NCBI GenBank assembly: GCA_963716725.1
Contig: CAVQUB010000011.1
Coordinates: 224,001-288,000 of the forward strand
From: an uncultured delta proteobacterium
Lineage (GTDB): Bacteria; Myxococcota_A; Polyangia; Polyangiales; Polyangiaceae
Length of the DNA: 64,000 nucleotides
Reading direction: 5' to 3'
Positions within the stretch are counted from its first letter, which is position 1. Every line of letters starts with the position of its first letter. Below are positions 30,686 through 40,819 of the stretch, piece by piece. The position numbers and the translations under genes are program-made. Below the pieces are notes generated by a model. That model searched no databases, was not told where the DNA came from, and saw nothing but the letters and a program-made list of their open reading frames with translations.

Positions 30686-33016
30686 TCAGCGCTCGTCTTC
30701 CAGGGGCGCGAGCAGGCTCTCGACGTCGTCGGGCAAAAGGCGGACCGTGCCGACCTCCTTGCCGAACAGCATGTCCGCCAGCGCACGCTTCTTCTGTTGC
30801 AGCTCGAGCATGCGCTCTTCCACACTGCCCGCAACGACCAGATTGTGAACGAACACGGGCTGGGTCTGCCCGATGCGGTGCGCGCGGTCCGTGGCCTGCA
30901 GCTGCGCGGCGGCGTTCCACCACGGGTCGTAGTGGATCACCGTGTCGGCCCGGGTCAGCGTGAGCCCGGTGCCGCCCGCCTTGAGGCTGATCAAGAACAC
31001 GTCGACTTCGCCCTCCTGAAAAGAATCGACGAGCTTGTGCCGCTCTTCCGAGGCGCCGGTGAGGGTGACGTGCTTGACGCCGCGTGCCCGGAGCTCGTCG
31101 GACAGGAGGGCGAGCATGCGGGCGAACTGCGAGAACACCAGCACGCGTCGACCGCGGCCGAGCTCTTCGGAGAGAAATGAGTGGAAGGCCTCGGCCTTGG
31201 CGCTGGTCTTCACCTCGCGCGCCGCGTCGACCTTGACCAAGCGAGGATCGCAGCAGACCTGCCGCAGCTTGGTGAGCGCGTCGAGGATCATCAGGCTCGA
31301 GGCCTCGAAGCCCTGCTGCCGGATCGCCGACCGGACCTCGGCGTGGGCTGCCACGCGGATGCTCTCGTACAGATCGCGCTGCTCTTGGCCGAAGCTGACG
31401 TAGCGCGTCAGCTCGGTCTTGGGGGGCAAATCCCGGGCGACGGTCTCCTTGAGCCGCCGAAGCACGAAGGGCGAGACGCGTGAGCGGAGCGCGAGCAGGC
31501 GAGTCTCGTTGCCCTCGCGCTCGATCGGGTAGCGGAAACCCGTGCGGAAGCGCTGCGCGTTGCCGAGCAGGCCCGGCATCACGAACTCGAACAGGCTCCA
31601 GAGCTCGTCGAGGTTGTTCTCGACGGGCGTACCGGTCAGCGCGAGACGGTGACGTGCGCGCAGCGTGCGCACGGCCTGACTGGCCTGGCTCCGCGCGTTC
31701 TTGATGGCCTGTGCCTCGTCGAGGATCACGTAGTGGAACTCGTGCTCGTGAAAGCGCGAGAGATCCCGCGAGAGCACCGAGTAGGTCGTGAGCACGACGT
31801 CAGTGGCAGCGACTTTGTGGAACTCGGCGTGGCGCTTGCCTCCGTGCAACACCAGCACCCGCAGGTGCGGCGCGAACTGCGCGATCTGCCGGCGCCAGCC
31901 CTCGATCAGGCTGGTCGGCACGATCACCAGTGCGGGCAGGTCCATGCGCCGCTGCTCCTTCTCGATGGCGAGCAGCGCGATGGTCTGCAGCGTCTTACCG
32001 AGCCCCATGTCGTCAGCGAGCACACCGCCAACGCCGTGATCGCGGAGGTGGCACAGCCAGGTGAGCCCGTCTTGTTGGTAGGGCCTGAGCTCGGCGTGCA
32101 GCACCACGGGGCGCTCGGCGCCGGCGGGCCCGCGCACCAGCATCTTTCCTCGCTCGACGGCGTCGGCGCGGCCAGTCCAGTGCAAGACCCGCCCGTCGCC
32201 CTCGAGGGCCTGCTCCAGTCGGCCGACCGCCGCCAGGTTCGCCTCGTGCAAGCGCAGCTTGCGCCCCGTGCCGTCGTACAGCTCGGCCAAGACCGAGAGC
32301 ACCGGCTCGAGCCGCTCCCAAGGAATGGCCACGTAGCGGCCCTTGGCCAGCGGGACCGCGCGGCAGCGCGCCACCTGACGGGAGAGCGAAGACAGCCGCG
32401 CGCCCTTCGGTGCTTCCTCCAGCAGCTTGATCAGCGACGGCACGAGATCGACCACCTCGCCGTCGACCTCGAGGCCGAGCTCGAGCTGGAACCATTCGGC
32501 CTTGTCCCGCACGTCACCGAGACGCGCCACCCAGCGCTCGGAGCTGCCCACGACCTGGAACTGGAACTCGGAGTCGATCTCCACGCTCCAGCCCAGCGCG
32601 CGCAGCTCCTCGGCCGCCAGGCCCGAGAACGAGCAGATGGCGTGCACGTTGTCATCCACGTTGATCACGTAGTCGGCCCGTACTCCTACCGGGGCGACCA
32701 TGCCTTCGATGTGGTCGAGCTCGACGGCGCCGTAGCGCTCGATTCGGGCCTGCGCGGCCCGCTCCCCTCGCAAATCGCGCTCCAGAGTCGGCTCGGCGAC
32801 CTCGGGTTCGTCCCAGTCGTCGTCGCGCAGCGGCCCGACGCAGACGCCCCCGTAGTCGAAGCTGAGGGAAAGCACCGCGCATTCGCGCTCCCGCCAGCGC
32901 CCGTCCGGCCCCTCGACGAGCAGACGCTCGGAGAAGACGCGGAGCGCCACCTCGAATGATTTTCCACCTGCCGGGTGAACGGCCCCCGCCGCCTGATCGA
33001 TGTGTTGGGCTTGCAC
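30686..33016 (-). CDS. SNF2-family helicase/ATPase
   Basis: LRPYQ, LADDMGLGKT, LDEAQ, LTGTPVEN, FSQF, SLKAGGTGL, QATDRAHRIGQ. Confidence 0.95.
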   Translation of the reverse strand: MQAQHIDQAAGAVHPAGGKSFEVALRVFSERLLVEGPDGRWRERECAVLSLSFDYGGVCVGPLRDDDWDEPEVAEPTLERDLRGERAAQARIERYGAVELDHIEGMVAPVGVRADYVINVDDNVHAICSFSGLAAEELRALGWSVEIDSEFQFQVVGSSERWVARLGDVRDKAEWFQLELGLEVDGEVVDLVPSLIKLLEEAPKGARLSSLSRQVARCRAVPLAKGRYVAIPWERLEPVLSVLAELYDGTGRKLRLHEANLAAVGRLEQALEGDGRVLHWTGRADAVERGKMLVRGPAGAERPVVLHAELRPYQQDGLTWLCHLRDHGVGGVLADDMGLGKTLQTIALLAIEKEQRRMDLPALVIVPTSLIEGWRRQIAQFAPHLRVLVLHGGKRHAEFHKVAATDVVLTTYSVLSRDLSRFHEHEFHYVILDEAQAIKNARSQASQAVRTLRARHRLALTGTPVENNLDELWSLFEFVMPGLLGNAQRFRTGFRYPIEREGNETRLLALRSRVSPFVLRRLKETVARDLPPKTELTRYVSFGQEQRDLYESIRVAAHAEVRSAIRQQGFEASSLMILDALTKLRQVCCDPRLVKVDAAREVKTSAKAEAFHSFLSEELGRGRRVLVFSQFARMLALLSDELRARGVKHVTLTGASEERHKLVDSFQEGEVDVFLISLKAGGTGLTLTRADTVIHYDPWWNAAAQLQATDRAHRIGQTQPVFVHNLVVAGSVEERMLELQQKKRALADMLFGKEVGTVRLLPDDVESLLAPLEDER

Positions 33017-33055
33017 GCTATGCGCTCGAACTCGTTTCTACTCGCGCATGCGTTA

Positions 33056-33124
33056 GATCAAAAAAAAACGATCTTGTCGATCCTCCATCTGAAAAAAGAT
33101 CCCCGATCGGCCGGCCGATCTTCT
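33056..33124 (-). terminator. Terminator-like or regulatory AT-rich element with palindrome
   Basis: Minus strand AAGATC...GATCTTTTTT enclosing the 16-bp palindrome GATCGGCCGGCCGATC; second T9 tract. Confidence 0.5.
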
Positions 33125-33166
33125 GCAATGGAACCTACATGGACTCACACGCGGTCGCCGCGAGCG

Positions 33167-35173
33167 TCACGGCGCGGGGACCTTGCCCTTCGGATCGTCC
33201 ATCAAGTTGCGCACGAAGCCCGCCGCCTGGGCCATGGCCGCGGGGATGTCGTAGATCACGAAGTGGCCATCGCTGGCGTCAGAGGCCTTCCACTGCACGA
33301 GCACGCCGCTGGCGGCGCCGCCGGCGAGGTTTCCCGAGAGCCCCCCGGCGGGGATGGTCACCGGCGTGAGATCCGACCACTCGAGCTCTTCGATGGGGTG
33401 GATCAACGGAGCCTGCGGCGGCAGCCCCAGGGCCACGGCTTGGACCTCCATGCCGTGCGGCGGGGTGTAGTTGTCTCCCGATCCGTCGGCGTTGACGCCC
33501 TCGGTCATCATCGTCGATTTCGGCGCAAAGCCGGCGCGGGGGCGCCGCACGATCATGGGCACGTAGTGGATCGGATCGGTCGGATCCACGATGCTCTGCG
33601 CCAGTGAGATGGCCGGGTGCAGCAGGTTCAGCTCCTCGACCTCGTCGCCCAAGAGGCCGACGAACACGAGCTTGACCAGACCGGCGATGTCCACGGGCTT
33701 GGTCTTCTCGAGCAGCGCGATGCTGATCATGCTGCCCGAGCCGCTGAGCATGCCGCCCCGCGCTTGATCGTCGACGGCCAGAAACATGGGACCGTTGATG
33801 CCGCCCTGCGAGTGCCCGAAGAACGCCAGCTTGTCGGGGTCGAAGCGGATCTCGGAGCCGCCGGTCACCGCCGCCGGGATCACGATCTTGGTCTCGGTGA
33901 ACAGGCGCGCCTGCTGCACCACGTCAATGGCGGACTGCGGGCCGTTGGCGCGCGCAGCAATCGGGTTCTGGATGTTGAAGAACAAGATCTCGGGAGAACC
34001 CGCCGTCGCCCCAGGGCGATCGCCGTGGAAGATTTGGTCGATGCCCATGGTCGCAACGCAGCGCGTCGCCAGGGCCGGACCCTCGTCGGCAGGACCGATG
34101 AAGCTCCGGTAGTTGCCGCCGGTGCCGTGGGCGTAAACGACGATGGGGTAGCCACTGGCTGGCATCGGGCAGGCGGCAGCGAGCGGCACCGTAATGGCAA
34201 AACGCAGGTCGAACTCGCTCTGCAGCTCGGGCTGCCCGTTCGCGTCGAAGGCGAGCATGCCGCCGTCACCATATTTCACGAAGGGCAGCTTTCCCTTCTG
34301 GTAGTTCGGCGACGGGCCGTAGCGCCCCTCGTAGGTCTCGTAGCCGCTGGTCTGATCCGTCTTCTTCAGCGTGCCGTCGATGATCTTGGGCGCGGCGGTG
34401 CTCTTCAGCACATGATCGCGGATCTTCGCGGTCTCGCCCACCGGATCGTTGGTGGTGAACACCGTGAGGTGCACGATGGACCTCTTGGCGATGCCCGCCG
34501 TCTCGAGCTCGGTGATGGCGTCGGCCCAGGCGGCCTTCGCCGACGACGTCGGACCGCTGGCGCCGCCGGTGCCGAGCACGGCCCGCAGAGCCTTCGCCGG
34601 AGCGAGACTCGCCCCGCTCTCGGCCCGCACGCGATCGGTCACGACCAGCGCGTAGCGGGTGTTCGGCCGGAGTGGGAAGCCGAGCGCCGGCATGAACGCC
34701 AGGGTGTTCGGTCGCCAGTAGGCGCCCTCTTCGGCGCGGAAGAAGGTCGTGACGCGCTGGCGAGCGCCGTGGTCGGGCGAAGCAGGATCGACGTCGATGA
34801 GCTGCACGCTCGCGTCCGTCTCCAGCGATCCCTTCGGCGTGGGCAAGCTGGTCGGATCGAGGCCGACGGTGAAGCGCAGAAAGCCCGACGCGGCCGGCGA
34901 GAAGCCGGTCAACACGCCTTTCATCGAATTGATGTAGTCGATGAGGATCGGCTTCTCTCTCGGGTTCGGGTAGCCCTCGAAGCGTACGGTGCCATCGCTC
35001 TCTTTGCGCAGATCGCTGGGCCACGGCTGATCGAAGAAGGTCTCCTCCGAGAGTTCGGAGAGATCCGCAGGCACGACGAAGATGCTCTGGCCACCCGCTG
35101 ACGAGCCTCCCTCGTCCGTCGAGCCACACCCCAAGGTCAACACGAGCCCCAGCGTCCACCAGCACCCACGCAT
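33167..35173 (-). CDS. Lipoprotein alpha/beta-hydrolase with N-terminal Ig-like region
   Basis: Lipobox TLGC, YAHGTGG oxyanion region, FGHSQGG nucleophile elbow, C-terminal DGHF. Confidence 0.8.
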   Translation of the reverse strand: MRGCWWTLGLVLTLGCGSTDEGGSSAGGQSIFVVPADLSELSEETFFDQPWPSDLRKESDGTVRFEGYPNPREKPILIDYINSMKGVLTGFSPAASGFLRFTVGLDPTSLPTPKGSLETDASVQLIDVDPASPDHGARQRVTTFFRAEEGAYWRPNTLAFMPALGFPLRPNTRYALVVTDRVRAESGASLAPAKALRAVLGTGGASGPTSSAKAAWADAITELETAGIAKRSIVHLTVFTTNDPVGETAKIRDHVLKSTAAPKIIDGTLKKTDQTSGYETYEGRYGPSPNYQKGKLPFVKYGDGGMLAFDANGQPELQSEFDLRFAITVPLAAACPMPASGYPIVVYAHGTGGNYRSFIGPADEGPALATRCVATMGIDQIFHGDRPGATAGSPEILFFNIQNPIAARANGPQSAIDVVQQARLFTETKIVIPAAVTGGSEIRFDPDKLAFFGHSQGGINGPMFLAVDDQARGGMLSGSGSMISIALLEKTKPVDIAGLVKLVFVGLLGDEVEELNLLHPAISLAQSIVDPTDPIHYVPMIVRRPRAGFAPKSTMMTEGVNADGSGDNYTPPHGMEVQAVALGLPPQAPLIHPIEELEWSDLTPVTIPAGGLSGNLAGGAASGVLVQWKASDASDGHFVIYDIPAAMAQAAGFVRNLMDDPKGKVPAP

Positions 35174-35242
35174 GGCGGCGTTCTATCATCATGCGAGGAA
35201 CGCCGCGAGGACGGCCGCCGCAAAACCGGCTAGAAGCTCCCC

Positions 35243-36325
35243 GTGAGCTGGGTGCTCGTGCTCGACCCTCCCCCAGGAGACGCCGCTCGGAAGGTCGGCG
35301 GCCTCGCGCTCGCGCTGCGCCTCGCTCTGGACGCCCAAGCCGGCGGCGCCAGCGCCGTCGTGGTCGCCTCCGAACTCGCCCCGCTCGTGCCCGTGCTGCA
35401 AGACTCCCGCCTGAAGATCCCGGTGGTCTCCGAAGCTCCCGCAGACGCCCGGCGAGTGAGGGTCCCAGCGAGCTTCGTGCTGCACCGTCAGCTCTTCAAG
35501 CTGCTCGCGAGCACCCTCGACTCAGATCGCGATCTCGCTCGCGACCCCTTCCCCATCGACGCGCCCTTCGGCTTCGAGCCCATCGACGTGGTCGACGCTC
35601 CCAGCGCCCGCCGCGCCGAGCGCGCGCTGTTCCGCGCGCTGCGCAAGCCTCAAGACGGCTGGACCAGCCGCTGGCTCAACCGCTACCTGAGCCTCACCCT
35701 CTCGCGACTTCTCGTGAAGACTCCGCTCCGACCCAATCAACTGTCGGTGGGCATCTTGGCCGTCGGTCTGATCGGGGCATGGCTCGCGTCTCGCGGCGAC
35801 TGGGCGTCGATGGCCGCGGGCGCTTTCCTGTTCCAAATGCAGAGCATCCTCGACGGCTGCGACGGCGAGATGAGCCGCATTACCCACCGCGGCTCGCTGA
35901 TGGGCCAGTGGCTCGACACCGTCGGGGACGATCTGACCAACTACAGCTTCTTCGGCGCCACGGGTTGGGGGCTGTACGCCGCGACCGGCAGCTGGGTGTA
36001 TCTGATCGCCGGCATCGTGACCGTGGTGTGCGGACTCATCACCAGCGGCATCGAGTATCGGTACCTGATCAGGATCGGCTCCGGAGATCTGCTCGCGTAT
36101 CCGCTCAGCGCGCCGGGCTCCGAGGCCAAGGGTGGGTGGTTCGACGCCATCCAGCCGCTGTTCAAGCGCGACACCTTCGTCTTTCTCACCCTGCTGGCCG
36201 CCCTCGCCGGGCTGCTCGGACCGATGCTGGTGGTGTTCTCCCTCGGGGGCGTCGGCATCTTGCTGTCGGTCATCGGCGCCGAGCTGCGCATGGCACGGGA
36301 GCGCCGGCAGGCCGCGACGCGCTGA
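35243..36325 (+). CDS. CDP-alcohol phosphatidyltransferase with degenerate N-terminal NTP-transferase-like segment
   Basis: PNQLS, DGCDGEMSR...G..LDTVGD signature. Confidence 0.88.
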   Translation: MSWVLVLDPPPGDAARKVGGLALALRLALDAQAGGASAVVVASELAPLVPVLQDSRLKIPVVSEAPADARRVRVPASFVLHRQLFKLLASTLDSDRDLARDPFPIDAPFGFEPIDVVDAPSARRAERALFRALRKPQDGWTSRWLNRYLSLTLSRLLVKTPLRPNQLSVGILAVGLIGAWLASRGDWASMAAGAFLFQMQSILDGCDGEMSRITHRGSLMGQWLDTVGDDLTNYSFFGATGWGLYAATGSWVYLIAGIVTVVCGLITSGIEYRYLIRIGSGDLLAYPLSAPGSEAKGGWFDAIQPLFKRDTFVFLTLLAALAGLLGPMLVVFSLGGVGILLSVIGAELRMARERRQAATR

Positions 36326-36331
36326 CCCCGG

Positions 36332-37867
36332 TCACTCGCAAGCGCACTGCGACGACCACTGGTCCTGAAAGACGTCGCTGCACGATCCGGTCTTCACCGG
36401 CTTCGCGGGCAGGCAGGCGTCGAAGCTCGACTGCGCCGCCCGGTGGGAGCAGCCCGCGAATCCGAACACGCAACACACTTCGGCGCAGGTGACCCCGGCG
36501 GCGGGAGCGACCTGCCCGAGGTGCTTGCCGTCCGGGCACGGCAGGAAGTGCGCCTTGATCAGCGATTCGTCGACGCCGCCACAGGTCGAGAGCGGGCAGC
36601 CCGTCTTGACCGGGACCTTCGACGACTCGCTGGTGCCGTTGCCGAGTTGGCCCTTCGAGTTCGCGCCCCAGCACACGAGCCCTTGGGATTGGCTCAGGGC
36701 ACAGGTGTGTTCTCCGCCCGCCGACACGCGCGTCGCGTCCGCGATGCCGACCACCGTGACGGGCGCGTTGTGGTCCACGGTCGTGCCGTCACCGAGTTGG
36801 CCAGAGTAGTTGCGCCCCCAACAGCTCAGCGTGCCGCCCTTGCGCACGACGCAGACGTGGCTCTGGCCACCGCTGATCCAGATCGCATCGAAGATCCCCT
36901 CCACGGGGGCGGGCAGCGGGGAATTTTCTACGTTCGAACCGATCCCGAGCTGTCCCGACCCGTTGTACCCCCAGCACTGCACGGCGCCGCTGGCCAATCG
37001 GGCGCACGCGTAGTGATTGCCTGCGACGACTTGCACGGCGTTCGACACACCGCTCACGTTCACGGGCTTGGCGTAGATCTGTGCATCGAGGTTGCCGATG
37101 CCGAGCGCTCCGCTCGCGTTCCAGCCCCAACACTTCACCTTGCCGTTCCACTCCACGGCGCATGAGAAGATGTAGCCGACGCTCACGGCGACGGCGTCTT
37201 CGAGCCCGATCACCTGCTTCGGCGTGAGGCTCGGCGACGTGTCGCCGGTGCCCAACTCGCCCTGGGAATTCTGGCCCCAACAGGTCACCGCGCCATTCGC
37301 GTGCACGGCGCACGCATGCGAGAGGACCATGCCCTGCGAGATGGCCACCGCGTCGCCTGGGCCTTTGACCGCAGACGGCACGGCTTGATCGACGGTGGTG
37401 CCATCGCCCAGCACTCCGAGCGGATTGTGTCCCCACCCCAGGATGTCACCGCTGCCGCGAATGCCCGACGAGTGGTACTCCCCGGCACCGAGCGCCACGA
37501 AGTCGCCCGGGCCCGCGACGGGCTGTGGCGTCGTCGCGCTCTTGCCCGGCTTTCCGTTGCCCAGTTGGCCGAACTGGTTCGACCCGAAACACAGCACCGC
37601 CCCGCTCGAATCGAGGGCGCAGGTGTGATTGCCTCCGAGCACCACGTCCGAGTAGGCGCAGGTCAGCGATCCGCCGACCCCGCCGCTGCCCGCCAGGCCG
37701 CCCGCTCCACCGCCCACGGTGCCGCCGCTGCCGGTGCCGCCGCCACCGAGACCGCCGCCACCGAGACCGCCCGCGCCCGCGCCGGATCCCGGCTCGAGCA
37801 GCCGCGATCGCGAACCGCACGCGAGGATCGTGCTCGCAACTGCGACCGCGAACACCCAACGCAACAT
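36332..37867 (-). CDS. RCC1-repeat lipoprotein
   Basis: Lipobox ILAC; about 7 HTCA...V.CWG.N..GQLG repeats. Confidence 0.92.
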   Translation of the reverse strand: MLRWVFAVAVASTILACGSRSRLLEPGSGAGAGGLGGGGLGGGGTGSGGTVGGGAGGLAGSGGVGGSLTCAYSDVVLGGNHTCALDSSGAVLCFGSNQFGQLGNGKPGKSATTPQPVAGPGDFVALGAGEYHSSGIRGSGDILGWGHNPLGVLGDGTTVDQAVPSAVKGPGDAVAISQGMVLSHACAVHANGAVTCWGQNSQGELGTGDTSPSLTPKQVIGLEDAVAVSVGYIFSCAVEWNGKVKCWGWNASGALGIGNLDAQIYAKPVNVSGVSNAVQVVAGNHYACARLASGAVQCWGYNGSGQLGIGSNVENSPLPAPVEGIFDAIWISGGQSHVCVVRKGGTLSCWGRNYSGQLGDGTTVDHNAPVTVVGIADATRVSAGGEHTCALSQSQGLVCWGANSKGQLGNGTSESSKVPVKTGCPLSTCGGVDESLIKAHFLPCPDGKHLGQVAPAAGVTCAEVCCVFGFAGCSHRAAQSSFDACLPAKPVKTGSCSDVFQDQWSSQCACE

Positions 37868-37937
37868 CCCGGCGATGATACGCGACAAGCCTCGAGTCGG
37901 CGATCGTCCTCGCGTTCGTTGGGGTATCCTGCCGCCA

Positions 37938-39416
37938 GTGCCCCGCCGCCGCCTCTTCTCAATTGGTGCTTGGCTCGCTCTGCTCACCAGCGCCTCGGTG
38001 GCCCGCGCGGCTGGACCGCTGGGACCGGAGGGGTCGCCGATCGCCACCAGCAACTACCGCATCGATCTGACCCAAGGCGTCGTGCTCGCGGGGACCCGGG
38101 TGCTCGGGCTCGCCGGCGCCTACGTCGCCATCGCCGAAGGGGTCGACGGCAACTCCGCGAACCCGGTGGCGCCGGCCATGCGCTCCCCACACTCGCTCGA
38201 CAACTTCGACTACGACGTCGGCTTTGGGTTCACTCTGCCCGCGGCCGTCGGCGGCACCGACCTGTTCAACAGCGGAGACCGCACCGACGTATCGACCTCC
38301 CAAGATGCCGCGCTCTTCCTCGATCTGGCAGGGAACCTACAGTTCGGCCGCTGGGGAACGGGCGTCTCGCTGCACTACACCACCTTCGAAGTCGCGGATC
38401 CCAGCGGCCAGAGCCTCGGACTCAACGCGCGCTTCGGCGGCATTCGACTGCAGGTCGCCCGCGCCTGGCTCGATGGCCAGTTCGTCCTGGGGCTCGGCAG
38501 CCGCGGGACCGGCCTGGTCATTCAGAACAAAGATCCCGAACCGGGCGAGCCGGCTCAGCTCTTCGACATCGCGGGTGCGGCCGCGGAGATTGGCGCGCTC
38601 GTGCGTCCCAACGGAGCGCCCTACCGTATCGGAGTGGCGGTGCGCTCGGCGGTGGTGACCAACGCCCTCTCGAGTGACGTCGCGGCCAACGCCGACGGCG
38701 ACCTCGTCATCTCGCGCAACGGCACCGACCTCTACCTTCCCAACGAGGTGACGCTGCCGTGGGACATCGACCTGGGACTGGCAGTTCAGCTCGGTCCGCG
38801 TCCGCTCAATCCGCGGTGGGTCGATCCCGACGAGGCTATCCGGCGCCTCGACCGCTACTTGGCTTGGAAGGCCCGCGAGCGCCGACGCCGCGCAAGCGCA
38901 ATCTCGCGGGGAGCGACGCCCGCCCGCAACGCAGCCCTCGAGGCCGAACGCGTGGGCGACGAGGCGCTCGACCAAATCCACCGCGAGCGTTCCGCCCGCG
39001 CGATCCGCACCGAACTCAAACGGCGAGCGCGGCAGCTCGAGCGCTTCTACGTGCTCGTCTCCAGCTCGCTTCAGCTCACCGGTCCGGTCGACAACAGCGT
39101 CGGCGTCGAGTCGTTCATCGAGCGCCGGGTCCAGCGCTCCGGCCGCAAGGCGACCTACACGCCGCGGCTCGGTGCCGAGACCGAGCTCGTGCCCAGTTGG
39201 GTGCGATTCCGCGCGGGAACCTACCTGGAGCCCACCCGCTTCGAGTCCCAAGGCGCGAGAGCGCGCTTGCACGGCACGGTGGGTTTCGACCAAAAGCTAT
39301 TCCCGTGGACAGTATTCGGTATCTTCGACGAAGGCACGGAGTGGAAGTTGTCGGCCGCGCTCGACGGCGCACGGCACTACCTGAGCTGGGGCGCCAGCGT
39401 GGGGATCTGGCGATGA
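37938..39416 (+). CDS. Putative outer-membrane beta-barrel (FadL-like)
   Basis: Signal peptide; R.LGLAGAYVAIAEG...NP hatch-like motif; amphipathic strands; C-terminal SVGIWR. Confidence 0.6.
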   Translation: MPRRRLFSIGAWLALLTSASVARAAGPLGPEGSPIATSNYRIDLTQGVVLAGTRVLGLAGAYVAIAEGVDGNSANPVAPAMRSPHSLDNFDYDVGFGFTLPAAVGGTDLFNSGDRTDVSTSQDAALFLDLAGNLQFGRWGTGVSLHYTTFEVADPSGQSLGLNARFGGIRLQVARAWLDGQFVLGLGSRGTGLVIQNKDPEPGEPAQLFDIAGAAAEIGALVRPNGAPYRIGVAVRSAVVTNALSSDVAANADGDLVISRNGTDLYLPNEVTLPWDIDLGLAVQLGPRPLNPRWVDPDEAIRRLDRYLAWKARERRRRASAISRGATPARNAALEAERVGDEALDQIHRERSARAIRTELKRRARQLERFYVLVSSSLQLTGPVDNSVGVESFIERRVQRSGRKATYTPRLGAETELVPSWVRFRAGTYLEPTRFESQGARARLHGTVGFDQKLFPWTVFGIFDEGTEWKLSAALDGARHYLSWGASVGIWR

Positions 39417-40255
39417 AGCTCTGGTGGCTCGCCCTGCTGCTCACCGTCTGCTCGTGCTCCAAGAAGGAGCCCGCGCAGGTCGAGCGCACCGAGCCCTGGC
39501 TCGCCAACCCGCCCGACGCCACCACTGCCTTGCGCGCAAAGTTCGTCGTCACCGACCGGTGTGAAGCGAACCTGCTTCTCAAGGCAAAGGAGGGCTCACT
39601 GCGCGGCGTAGCGCGCGTCTGTAGAGGCGAGCTCGATCTGAACCTGAGCGATCTGAGCGACAGCCGCGGCACCCTCTCGGTGGACATCGCGAGCATCGAA
39701 ATGCGCGGTGACGGCGACGCGGGGCGCGGCGAAGAGCAAACTCGGGAGGCGCAGAACTGGCTCGACGTCGGCGCGAGCCGACCCGAGGCCGAGCGGGAGC
39801 GACTGCGCTGGGCGACGTTCACCATCACCGGGATCACGAACACGAGCCACCCGAACGCAAACGCGGGCCGACGTGAGCGGGTCGAGCCGGAGGCCGAAGA
39901 GCCGCCGTCCCTGCCCGACGACGACGCCGACGGCGCAGCGCCGAACCCCCGCGAGCGCCGCTCCGTGACCATGACCGCACGCGGGCACATGGTGCTGCAC
40001 AAGGTGCGCGTGGACGTCGAGGTCCCCCTCCGCGCAACCTTCCACTACCGCGGCCGCGCCACCGACGACTCGACCCCGAACAAAGTGCAAATCACCACCC
40101 GTCGGCCCTTCTTGGTCTCCCTCGCGGCTCACGACATCAAGCCGCGAGACGCCGCGGGGGTGTTTCAGGCGCAGGGCATGAAACTCATGGGCACCACGGT
40201 GGGAGCCGACGCACGGGTCAGCCTGTCGGCCAGCGCGGTGCTGCAGCAACCCTGA
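39413..40255 (+). CDS. YceI-like lipoprotein
   Basis: MKLWWLALLLTVCSC; G.LDLNLSDL..SRGTLSVD...NWLDV...ATFTI; ATGA overlap. Confidence 0.65.
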   Translation: MKLWWLALLLTVCSCSKKEPAQVERTEPWLANPPDATTALRAKFVVTDRCEANLLLKAKEGSLRGVARVCRGELDLNLSDLSDSRGTLSVDIASIEMRGDGDAGRGEEQTREAQNWLDVGASRPEAERERLRWATFTITGITNTSHPNANAGRRERVEPEAEEPPSLPDDDADGAAPNPRERRSVTMTARGHMVLHKVRVDVEVPLRATFHYRGRATDDSTPNKVQITTRRPFLVSLAAHDIKPRDAAGVFQAQGMKLMGTTVGADARVSLSASAVLQQP

Positions 40256-40297
40256 GAGGTCTGGTTAGGGGCTTCGATCGGGGTATCCTTTGACCAG

Positions 40298-40804
40298 ATG
40301 CCTCCCGCCCAGCGTCGATTCCGCCTGGCGCCCATGTCCCGCGTGTTCTGGGTGATCACGCTGCTCGTCATCGGTCTGTTGCCGTTGTTCGTGATCTTGT
40401 CGCTCTGGGGCGCGCCGCTCTGGACCGGCGCGGCGATCGTCGCCGCGACCTGCGTGGGCACCTGGTTCTGCATGCGGCCCACTGGTTTCGTGGTCGCCCA
40501 CGACTCCATCGAAATCGTCTGGCCACTCCGGCGCTGGCAGATCCAGAAAAGCGCACTGTCCAGCGTGCGCCTGGTTGGATCACCGGAACTCAAGTCGATC
40601 TTGGGGCTGGCGCTGCGCGTGGGCGTTGGCGGCCTGTGGGGCACCTTCGGCCTGCTCTGGACCAGCAAACGCGGCTGGGTCTCCTGCTACGTCTCGCGGG
40701 TCGACGACCTGGTTTGGATCGAGCGGCGCGGCGCCCGTCCGCTGCTGCTCTCGCCGGAGAATCCCCGGGAAGTCGTGCGTTTGCTTTGGCCCTCGGCGGA
40801 GTAG
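40298..40804 (+). CDS. Membrane protein with bacterial PH-like domain
   Basis: Two TM segments, LRVGVGGLWGTFG, LLSPENP. Confidence 0.7.
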   Translation: MPPAQRRFRLAPMSRVFWVITLLVIGLLPLFVILSLWGAPLWTGAAIVAATCVGTWFCMRPTGFVVAHDSIEIVWPLRRWQIQKSALSSVRLVGSPELKSILGLALRVGVGGLWGTFGLLWTSKRGWVSCYVSRVDDLVWIERRGARPLLLSPENPREVVRLLWPSAE

Positions 40805-40819
40805 GATTGCGGGGTCGGC

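Noticed and set aside
30686..33016. SNF2 helicase as part of an anti-phage defence system
   Set aside because: No methylase, nuclease or other defence genes are adjacent. It resembles the stand-alone bacterial SNF2 type.
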